Shown here in pieces: positions 19,904 to 29,100 of a stretch of 64,000 bases of DNA (within the stretch, counting starts at the first letter, position 1; each line of letters starts with the position of its first letter). The DNA lies in the IMG/VR virus record IMGVR_UViG_3300027770_000050, positions 1 through 64,000 of that record, one strand, 5' to 3'. Both the position numbers and the translations under genes were made by a program. This stretch comes from a virus. The notes under the pieces were generated by a model. It saw only the letters and a list, made by a program, of their open reading frames with translations. It made no database searches and was not told where the DNA came from.

Positions 19904-20143
19904 CTAGTTATCCTTATTGCTAACAATATCTGATGTTAGTATGTATGGAGTTTTTATATAAGATTGCAAATTGTATGCTTTTTTTAATGGACTATTTTCT
20001 ACTGTTATATGAGAAACAATATTGAAAACTTTATTAATTGATGCTGACAAAAGATATTTACTAGAAATATTTTCCTCTTTAGTAAGATAAACATCAATGT
20101 TAAATGATTTTTGTATATAACTTACAATTTTTTCACTTGCCAT
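19904..20143 (-). CDS. Hypothetical protein
   Basis: 79 aa, abuts the downstream gene, preceded by AAGG-N20-GAAAAT. Confidence 0.55.
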   Translation of the reverse strand: MASEKIVSYIQKSFNIDVYLTKEENISSKYLLSASINKVFNIVSHITVENSPLKKAYNLQSYIKTPYILTSDIVSNKDN

Positions 20144-20182
20144 AGCTTTTATTTTCCTGCAATTAAGGTGTGTATTCCTTAT

Positions 20183-20217
20183 AAAAAAAAAGCTCAGGAC
20201 TTGCCTGAGCTTTTTTT
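20183..20217 (-). terminator. Rho-independent terminator after gyrA (bidirectional shape)
   Basis: A-run, GCTCAGG-acttg-CCTGAGC, T-run. Confidence 0.9.
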
Positions 20218-20219
20218 GC

Positions 20220-22730
20220 TTACTCTTCTGTTTCTTCTATTTCAGAACTGAGTGGTACTAAAATCACACTTTGCACCATATCATTGTCATCTAATGAGAC
20301 TATATTATTTGCTTGTGTTGCTTTGGATTTATTCCTAAGACTGTCAAGATTACATCTCATCATTTTGCCTTTAGATGTTAGAACCAAGATGTCATCATTA
20401 TCAGTAACAGCTAAAGCAGAAACAATCTTTCCTGTCTTTTCTCTTTTGGACTGATTGATAGTTCTTTGCCCTTTGACACATCTACCAGCAGTTGACCTAT
20501 ATTCAGATGCAGAAGTTTTCTTTCCTTTTCCATATTCAGTAATAACTAAAATGGATGGGTCTGCTTCTGAATCAATAGCTAGAACAGATGCAATGCTATC
20601 TTCTGGTCTTAGTAGCATAGATCGACTACCTTGTCCATTCTTTCCAATGCATCGAACTAAAGTCTCATTGTAACGAACAGCCATACCTAGCGAAGTAACA
20701 AGCATAACATCTTTATTACCGTCAGTCATCATAACAAAACTCAATCTATCACCTTCGGTAAGAGTTATTGCTTTCAAACCACGTTTTCGCAAGCTTGTAT
20801 CGTATTCACGAATTTCGGAACGCTTAATCAAACCCTTGTTTGTGACCATAATAAAATAACCATCTATGTCTAATGATTTCATGGTGATTGTAGAAGATAC
20901 AGATTCACCCTCAGTTAGATTCAAGAGATTATTTAAGTGTGTGCCTTTAGAAGTACGTGAAGCTAGGGGAATTTCATAACCCTTCTTCTTTAACAAATTA
21001 CCTTGATTTGTAAAGAATAAGAACAAGTCATGAGTTGTACCACTGTAGATATCAGAAGCTTCATCTTCTTCGCGAGATTTGACACCAATCACTCCCTTAC
21101 CACCACGGTTTTGTGTTCTAAATGTATCAAGGGGAACACGCTTGATATATCCATCTTTTGTTAGGGAGACAATAATATCTTCTTCTTGAATTAAATCTTC
21201 ATAAGAAATTTCATCTTCAAGAGCAAGAATTTCAGAACGTCGATCATCACCAAATTTTTCAGCAAGTTCAAGCTGTTCTTTTGATATAAGACCAAGCATT
21301 TTGCTCTCTGATGCCAACTGAGCAGATAACCATTCATTACGCTTAGCTAACTTATCAAATTCATCTTGCAATGCACGAGTGTCAAGTTTTGTAAGGTTTC
21401 CAAGAGTAATCCTAAGAACTGCATCAGCTTGTTCTTGCGAAGATACAAACTCTTGAGCAATAAGCTCCTTGGCTGCTTCTTCTTTGTTATCGGCATTACG
21501 AACAAGTTTAATAACAGCATCAATCTTGTCAGTAATTCCAAGAAGACCTTCAAGGATATGAATTCGTGAACTATTCTTTACATGTTCTGCAGTAAATTTA
21601 TTAGTAAGAACTTCTTTACGATGATCTACAAATGCTTTTACAAGTTGAAGTATAGCAACATTCTCAACAACTTTTTTGCCATCTAAAAGAACTGTTGAGT
21701 TAACAGAAAAACTTGTTCGAAGAGACGTACGCTTCAAGAGTTGATTCAAAATAACTTGTGAACTTGCAGTTTTGTGAAGCCAGATACGGACATCCATACC
21801 TTTTTTGCTTGTAAGATTCTTGAGACCAGTAATTCCCTCAATCTTCTTACTTTCAACTAATTCTTTGATTTCACGACAAAAGCTTTCAGCACTACTGCCG
21901 TAAGGTAGTTCTATTATCTTGATAATTTCCTGATTACGCTCTTGAACAATGTCGTAATATCCTTCAAGTTGAACAGTACCGCGTCCGTTTGTAAAGTATG
22001 AACGAATACCATCTAACCCTAAAACCTTACAGCGAATTGGGAAGTCTGGACCAGGAACAATTTGCAATGCTTCATCTGTAGTGATATCTGGATTTTTGAT
22101 ATAAGCATCAATCAATTTAGCAACTTCACGTAAATTGTGAGGTGCCATATTAGTAGCCCATCCAACTGCAATACCACTACATCCATTTACAATCAAGTTA
22201 GGAAAGAGTGAAGGAAGAACAGTTGGCTCCATCATTTCATCATTGTAGTTTGATTGATAACGAACTACCTGATCAGACAATTCGTTTACCATCAAATCAC
22301 CAAATGAAGACAATTTAGCTTCAGTGTAACGCATAGCAGCTGGTTTATCTTCAGGAGCAGGGGAACCAAAATTCCCCTGTGGAGTGATAAGAGGGTAACG
22401 CAATGACCAAGTCTGTGCCATACGAACAAGAGTTGGATAAACTACTGCTTCTCCGTGTGGATGGTAATTTCCAGATACATCACCACAAATCTTTGCACAC
22501 TTCTTAGTCTTACCAGATGCACGGAGTTTTAGATCATCCATAGCAACTAAGGTTCGTCGTTGTGATGGTTTCATTCCATCACGAGCATCTGGCAGTGCCC
22601 GATCTTCCATAACTGCAAAAGCATAATTGGTAAATCGTTCATCAATAAGATCTACAAAGTTCTTTTCAAGAATTGTATCAACTAAGTCTGATGCTTCCGC
22701 AACATTCTTAACTCTAAGATTCCTAGCCAT
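20220..22730 (-). CDS. gyrA: DNA gyrase subunit A
   Basis: RALPDARDGMKPSQRR, YHPHG, active site AAMRYTE, GyrA box QNRGGKG and C-terminal beta-pinwheel repeats. Confidence 0.97.
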   Translation of the reverse strand: MARNLRVKNVAEASDLVDTILEKNFVDLIDERFTNYAFAVMEDRALPDARDGMKPSQRRTLVAMDDLKLRASGKTKKCAKICGDVSGNYHPHGEAVVYPTLVRMAQTWSLRYPLITPQGNFGSPAPEDKPAAMRYTEAKLSSFGDLMVNELSDQVVRYQSNYNDEMMEPTVLPSLFPNLIVNGCSGIAVGWATNMAPHNLREVAKLIDAYIKNPDITTDEALQIVPGPDFPIRCKVLGLDGIRSYFTNGRGTVQLEGYYDIVQERNQEIIKIIELPYGSSAESFCREIKELVESKKIEGITGLKNLTSKKGMDVRIWLHKTASSQVILNQLLKRTSLRTSFSVNSTVLLDGKKVVENVAILQLVKAFVDHRKEVLTNKFTAEHVKNSSRIHILEGLLGITDKIDAVIKLVRNADNKEEAAKELIAQEFVSSQEQADAVLRITLGNLTKLDTRALQDEFDKLAKRNEWLSAQLASESKMLGLISKEQLELAEKFGDDRRSEILALEDEISYEDLIQEEDIIVSLTKDGYIKRVPLDTFRTQNRGGKGVIGVKSREEDEASDIYSGTTHDLFLFFTNQGNLLKKKGYEIPLASRTSKGTHLNNLLNLTEGESVSSTITMKSLDIDGYFIMVTNKGLIKRSEIREYDTSLRKRGLKAITLTEGDRLSFVMMTDGNKDVMLVTSLGMAVRYNETLVRCIGKNGQGSRSMLLRPEDSIASVLAIDSEADPSILVITEYGKGKKTSASEYRSTAGRCVKGQRTINQSKREKTGKIVSALAVTDNDDILVLTSKGKMMRCNLDSLRNKSKATQANNIVSLDDNDMVQSVILVPLSSEIEETEE

Positions 22731-24856
22731 TAGTTTTCAATTTCCTTACTACGTTCAAAAGACTTCTTAATAATGTGAGCCTTACGTGGACCAACTTCAC
22801 TACCCATTAATACTGTTAGCATATTAGAAGCTTCTTCAGCATCATCGACACCAATTTTTATTATTTGACGTGTGCCAATTTCCATAGTTGTGTGTCCAAG
22901 TTCTTCAGCATCCATTTCTCCCAAACCCTTGAATCGTGTCACATCAATTTTATCACCATACTTAGCACGATAGGAATTTAGTTCTTCTTCAGTGTGAATA
23001 TAATTGTGAACATTCTTCACAGTGACACGATACAGAGGTGGTTTTGCAAGGTAAAGATGTCCCTTCAAAACAAGTGGACGCATAAATCGATAGAAGAATG
23101 TCATAAGAAGAGCAGCAATATGAGCGCCATCATCATCAGCGTCAGTCATAATAATAACCTTGCCATAACGCAAATCTTCAATCTTAAAATCATCACGAAT
23201 TCCAGTTCCAATTGCTGAGATAAGAGCAGAAACTTCTTCATTTGCAAGAAGCTTAGCAAGTTCATTCTTTTCTGGATTGATGATTTTTCCACGAATAGGA
23301 AGAATTGCTTGAGTGATTGGATTTCGACCACCCTTGGAAGACCCAGCAGCTGAATCACCTTCAACCAAGAATAATTCAGAAATGGCTACATCTTCAGTAT
23401 CACAGTCAGACAACTTGCCAGGAAGAGATCCTGACTTACCTAAAAATCCTTGACGCTTAATAGACTCAGAAGCTTTCTTTGCTGCAGCTCTTGCACGAGC
23501 TGCTCGTAAAGCACGTTCAGAAATCATTTTAAGAATTGATGGATTTTTTTCAAAATATTCAGTAAGAGCTTCAGAGAAAAGTCTGTTTACCACACCTTCA
23601 ACTTCAGGTGAACCAAGTTTGCCCTTAGTTTGTCCTTCAAATTGTGGCTGTGGTAGACGAACAGAGATGATAGCTACAATACCTTCACGAATATCTTCAC
23701 CTGTCAAATTAGGCTCTTTTTCCTTGATAATATTTAAGGAACGAGAGAATTGATTTATAACCCTTGTGATAGATGTTTTAAATCCACTAAGATGAGTTCC
23801 ACCGTCAGCAGTATTAATGTTATTCGCAAATGCATAAATTGTTTCATCATCATCTTCTGAATATTGAAACGAAACTTGAACATTTACTTTGCCCGATTTA
23901 TTTTCAAAGTAAAATGGTTTTGAAGGATATGGATTTGAACGAGTAGATGCAAGATAGCTTACGTAATCAGCAATCCCACCTTCGTAATAAAAATCTTCTT
24001 TAGTTCCAGTATGCTCATTTTTGTAAACAATTTTGAGTCCACCGTTAAGATAAGCAGTTTCTTTTAAACGTCGTACAATAACAGTTTCATCAAATTGGAT
24101 ATTGCTATTTGAATGTTTATTCCAATTTTTATAAATGACATCCAAAGTTTGCTCATTTATATTTGTTGACTTGAAAATATCAAAGAAAATAGCACCGTTA
24201 ATTTCTCCATTGATTAATGCTTTACGCCACTTACCGGAACATTCTGCAAAAACTTCATCAATTTCAAAATCATCAACAAGAACTTCTTGGAAAGCATCTT
24301 CAACAGAAAATTGGCCAAAAATATTATAGTCAGGAGTGAAAGATATTTTTGTTCCAGTTGCGTTAGATGTCCCTATTTCTTTGACAGAATTTACAGGGAT
24401 ACCACGCTCAAATGACAATTGGTATTTTTTCTTGTCACGATAAACTTCAACATCAAGATTTACTGAAAGAAAGTTTACACAAGAAGCACCAACACCGTGC
24501 AAACCACCAGATGCTTCGTATCCAGATCCATCATCACCAAACTTACCACCAGCGTGAAGTTCAGTAAGTACGATTTCAAGTGTAGATCGCTTCTTTGGAT
24601 CTTCTTGTTTGACTGCAACAGGGATACCACGTCCATTGTCTATTACGGTGAGCGTACGATTGTCTTTTGAAATAATGACATCAATTTTTGAACAGTGACC
24701 AGCCATGTGTTCATCTACAGAGTTGTCCAAAATTTCCCAAACAAGGTGATGAAGTCCCTTTTTACCAGTATCACCAATATACATAGCAGGACGTGTACGA
24801 ACTGCCTCTTGACTTTCCAAAATCTGGATTGAGTCTTCGTTGTATTGATTTGCCAT
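22730..24856 (-). CDS. gyrB: DNA gyrase subunit B
   Basis: EILDNSVDE, DNGRGIP, GGLHGVG, TOPRIM VEGDSAAG, PIRGK, MTDADDDG and RFKGLGEM. Confidence 0.97.
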   Translation of the reverse strand: MANQYNEDSIQILESQEAVRTRPAMYIGDTGKKGLHHLVWEILDNSVDEHMAGHCSKIDVIISKDNRTLTVIDNGRGIPVAVKQEDPKKRSTLEIVLTELHAGGKFGDDGSGYEASGGLHGVGASCVNFLSVNLDVEVYRDKKKYQLSFERGIPVNSVKEIGTSNATGTKISFTPDYNIFGQFSVEDAFQEVLVDDFEIDEVFAECSGKWRKALINGEINGAIFFDIFKSTNINEQTLDVIYKNWNKHSNSNIQFDETVIVRRLKETAYLNGGLKIVYKNEHTGTKEDFYYEGGIADYVSYLASTRSNPYPSKPFYFENKSGKVNVQVSFQYSEDDDETIYAFANNINTADGGTHLSGFKTSITRVINQFSRSLNIIKEKEPNLTGEDIREGIVAIISVRLPQPQFEGQTKGKLGSPEVEGVVNRLFSEALTEYFEKNPSILKMISERALRAARARAAAKKASESIKRQGFLGKSGSLPGKLSDCDTEDVAISELFLVEGDSAAGSSKGGRNPITQAILPIRGKIINPEKNELAKLLANEEVSALISAIGTGIRDDFKIEDLRYGKVIIMTDADDDGAHIAALLMTFFYRFMRPLVLKGHLYLAKPPLYRVTVKNVHNYIHTEEELNSYRAKYGDKIDVTRFKGLGEMDAEELGHTTMEIGTRQIIKIGVDDAEEASNMLTVLMGSEVGPRKAHIIKKSFERSKEIEN

Positions 24857-24895
24857 TTGCTTTCCTTCGCTTCAGTTCAAGTACAGGCATAAAAA

Positions 24896-24950
24896 AATGC
24901 TGTGATGTTTTATATCACAGCATTATACCCAAAACAAGGGTTTTTGTCAA
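24896..24950 (-). promoter_or_regulatory. Consensus sigma70/sigmaA promoter of gyrBA with an overlapping 11-bp inverted repeat
   Basis: TTGACA (24950-24945)-N17-TATAAT (24927-24922). Palindrome AATGCTGTGAT-N7-ATCACAGCATT at 24896-24924. Confidence 0.9.
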
Positions 24951-24955
24951 CTTTT

Positions 24956-25567
24956 CTACAGGATGCGATCAGCTACACTATAAAGACCATAAAAATCCAA
25001 ATTACGTGCTAATTTTACCATGTTCTTGAGTTTTAGTGAAGCCATTGGCATTCCACCAGGAGCTCCTCCAGCTTGTTCTTTAGATTTATTTTTAGCAAAA
25101 CCAAATGACAGAAACTTAACCGCGTTAGCCATATCATCAAGTTCAATTTCTAAATCAATCAAACTTTGTCCAAATGGCAGTCTTTCCCATCTACTTTTAT
25201 CTGTGGCATTAATTTCTTCATCGGTAATTTCATTGCCTTCTTTCCTTTTACCGGAATGACCGTCTTTAACTCCACCTTCATCATCCCCGCCATACATTTT
25301 CCAAATTTTATTTGCAATTTCTCTTTCGTTAAATTGCAATTCTTCCATGAGCATTTTTTCAATTTCAGCATCAGCAAGTATAAGTCCCAAATTGGACAAT
25401 GGTTCTTTGATTGCTTTTTGATTTGAGCTTGGAGTTGCTCCTGGAGGTGGTGGCATCCCTGACATACCTGGAAGTCCTGGTAAAGGAGGTAATGAAGGCA
25501 TAGGTGCTCCCAATCCTGGTGGGGGTAAAATACCAGGAGGAGCAGCTATTTTTAAAAATTTGGACAT
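24956..25567 (-). CDS. Proline-rich hypothetical protein with a K-x-A tag and a C-terminal helical motif
   Basis: MSKFLKIA followed by a Pro/Gly tract; C-terminus MVKLARNLDFYGLYSVADRIL. Confidence 0.7.
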   Translation of the reverse strand: MSKFLKIAAPPGILPPPGLGAPMPSLPPLPGLPGMSGMPPPPGATPSSNQKAIKEPLSNLGLILADAEIEKMLMEELQFNEREIANKIWKMYGGDDEGGVKDGHSGKRKEGNEITDEEINATDKSRWERLPFGQSLIDLEIELDDMANAVKFLSFGFAKNKSKEQAGGAPGGMPMASLKLKNMVKLARNLDFYGLYSVADRIL

Positions 25568-26046
25568 TATCTTGAATGACCGCTTAGAGAATCAGTTTTA
25601 TGAGTGCCTCTTCCTGGAGTTTTAAAGACATCTGGAGATTGCTCAGCATTTTCAAAAGTTACTTCTGAAAAACTTTCTTCGTCTTCGTCAAATTCAAGCG
25701 CTTCTTTCAATCCTTCCGGATTGAGTATATCCATGTTGCCAAAACTTGATTTAGCAGATGACGCAACTCTCTTAATTAATTGCATAGGAGATAATCCTCT
25801 GCCATCAACATATCCATATGAAAAGTCATCTTCCCAAGTTTCTAGAACACTCATTGATTGTAACAAAGCATCAGTCAAGTATGCTTCAACTTGCCTTGAA
25901 CTTGTTTTTGTTAATTTTCTGGAGTTATATTTTTTATTTATAATTGCTGAAGCAGTTGCTATGATTTTAGCTGTCTCATCGTAGTTGTGTGCTTCGGGAG
26001 CAATTTCTTCCAATAGTGTATGAAGTTGAGCTTCTAGATTATGCAT
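25567..26046 (-). CDS. Hypothetical protein
   Basis: 159 aa, TAATG coupling to the next gene, upstream AAAGG-N18-GAAA. Confidence 0.7.
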   Translation of the reverse strand: MHNLEAQLHTLLEEIAPEAHNYDETAKIIATASAIINKKYNSRKLTKTSSRQVEAYLTDALLQSMSVLETWEDDFSYGYVDGRGLSPMQLIKRVASSAKSSFGNMDILNPEGLKEALEFDEDEESFSEVTFENAEQSPDVFKTPGRGTHKTDSLSGHSR

Positions 26047-26108
26047 ATTTTATCTCTCTTGATAAATTGTTATTATATTTTTTCAAATACGAAATGCTTT
26101 TACCTTTA

Positions 26109-29100
26109 CTAATCTTTTACTGTTTTGTATTCAGATTTGAATCTAAGGTTACGCACTTGACCATTTGTTGTAATATTATTTGCAGAAAGAATCGCAACAG
26201 ATGGTGTTTTTACAGCTATACCAAATATTTTACTTCGTGATGTTTGTTCAATACCTAGTTTTGCATTACCAATATTTATGGCATTGGAATAACCAGCTTT
26301 AAGAGTTTGCCAGGTTTCAGGAGAGCTATCGTAAGCTTCCGTTGTAGTATTAACCCAATCTATATTAGTTGTGTCTAATGTATATTCAGTCAATACTGTA
26401 TTTGACAAAAATGCTGGTAAAGGTAATTTTATTCTAAAATTATCTTCTGAATAAGTATTGCCACTACTTACTCTTACTGTGATTTGCGGTTTTACTTCAA
26501 CGCTAGTATCTAAATCTGTAGATCTTGACCAAACATTTGATGATCCAATGCTTGCTACATAATAGATACCATTTTGCGTCTTGTTGCTTTGATCTTTAAG
26601 TAAAACACGATCAAATTTTTCTAAAGTTACACCGTCTAATGTTGCTGGAGGATTTGTCAAAATTATGTTAGCGGTTGATGCAGCAACTACGTCACTTAAA
26701 AATGAATTGTTATTGACCTTTGCAAAATAAATAGGAGTAACACCTATTCCTGGGGATGAAATTGTTTCATCGTAAATCAATCCGTAATAACCAGATGAAG
26801 TATTTCCACCTAATACATTAACTTTTTTAGTAAGTGAAATTTGATTATCTAAAATTAAATCACTATGTCTTGTAAGATAAAACAAAGCACTTTCATCAAC
26901 AAAATAAATGCCATTTTGTTTATTGTTTGTTTGGTCCTTAAGTAATACTCTGTCACCTATTTGAACATTAGATATGTTTACAGCTAATCCTAATGCTTGA
27001 TTTTGTGTAGAAGCAAAAGAACACAAAGTATAGTTTGTCAGGTAATTTTGTTGGAAAAATTCAACATTATGTGTTCCAACAGTTGCAGTAGAAGGATTGA
27101 AATATGTTTCGTAAAATTTATTTGTGTTTGCATCTTTGACGAACAAACTTGCTATGGAAAATTGTGTTGTACTACTACCCGTACCAACTCTTATAAGGTT
27201 AGGTTGAGATACTTGCTTTACTCTTGCTACATATCTTTCAGCTTCAGAAGTTTGTCCTAAGAATAAGACTTTGTCTCCATCAGTCACTCCTATTCCGTTA
27301 ATTATGTCAGGTATTGAAGTAAATCCAGAATAATTTGCAGTAGAAACTCCAACAACATCTATTGTGAATTCAGAACCTAATTGTTTCCAGAATAGTGGAG
27401 TATTGAGAGCTGAGGAACCTAAATTATAAGCGCTACTATCTTCAGGAATATTTAATTCAAAAATTCTATTGTCATATGAAACTCTTCCAAGTTCATAAAG
27501 TTCATTAGTAGCATTTAAGTCAGGTGCTCTTTCTATTGTCCAGGTATAGTTTTGAACTGCTGTATATATGCCATTTTTAGTTGTATCTGTTTGGTTTTTA
27601 AGTAGTATTTTGTCACCAAATTGTACTGTGTAACTATCAATAATTGCTGTGCTAGCAATTCCAGATCCTTCGGGTATATATGTAAATGGAGTCAAGACAC
27701 CTTGGTAAGAAATATTATTTGGGTCTGGAATATTTCCTGTTGAACCAACGGATGTATTATAAATTGTTCTTGTTGAAATATCAATCCACGACCTAGAAGA
27801 AGTAGATTTGAATGAGCTTGTTGGATCAAAATACAAGCAGAAAGTTCCGTATCCTGCTGAGTTTTGAACACTTGCGTAAACTGCACTGAAATTATTTCCA
27901 GCAAATACAGATGTACCAGCTAATCCTACTGTAGCATATTCTGAACGTACAAATTTATATATTTTTTGATCTTTTTTACCTGTTTTATCATGAACAACTA
28001 AAGAGTTTTTGTCACTATAATATGAAGATTGATATCCACTATCAATAATTTTATCTGCATACGAAGTTGTTGGCTTGTTTGTTAGGACTAAAACATTACT
28101 ATCAGTTGAAAAAGCTATTCCACTATACCAAGTATTATCTAGTGTAGCAGCAGTTCCAGAGTTTGTAATTTTTTGTAAATATAAAGAACCAGTGTATATT
28201 CCTAAAGTATTTCTTGTAACTGGATCTGCAGCTACATCTGTAAATTTAGATGTATTACCAGAACCTGATTTAACATAGTATCCATCTGAAGACAGTCTCT
28301 GAGTAAAGAAATATTCTGTATTTGATGATGATTCAAAAATATTATGAATATGAGAACTATAGTTTTTATTTGCAGAATAAGATTTTATCCACGAACTTCT
28401 GTCCCTATTGTATTTCTTTTCTGTTGTAGTAGATGTTCCAGCACTGTTAACAATTTGGAAATATGCTCCGTCTTCAACCAAGTTTGCTGAAAGTTTTGCA
28501 GTAGTAGTAAGTAGATTGCTTCTGTAAGTTAGTGCTTGTGGTAAGTAATAATATCTATTAAATAATTGTTTCGGATCTTCATTGTATTTTGGAACTGAAG
28601 TATCTGTGTATAGATACATGTAAAGTGTTCCAGTCCATCCAGTTCCAGAAATTGACAATAAGCCATTTTTAGCATCAATAGTAAAGTTAGTATTTAAAGT
28701 TCTGGAGACGATTGTTCCCCCAGTTGACACTACATAAACATCTGCTAAAGCATCTGGATATTGTTTTTTATCCCATGTAAATCTTGTTGTTGGAGTTTCT
28801 GGTCTAGCTAAATATATAGTAGATCCAGTTGCAGAATATCCCACTAATCTTTTTGTAAAATCAAGGTATCCGTTGACTGAATTATATTTTACTTTTCTGA
28901 GATAATAATTGAAATTATTATCAATATGAACTATTTGATAAACACCACTAGTTGATTTTCTAACTGTATTATTATATAAATCTTCATTAGCAGAGTAATA
29001 GAAAACTCTATCACCAAGAGCATAATAATAGTTATTTAAATCACCAGAAACTGTACTGAAAAGTTGAGTTCCATTTCTTTTAACAATTACAATATCGTTA

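Noticed and set aside
24101-24316. Intein in GyrB (also considered for the helicase insert at 13195-13520)
   Set aside because: No N-terminal Cys/Ser block, no C-terminal His-Asn followed by C/S/T, and no LAGLIDADG motifs.
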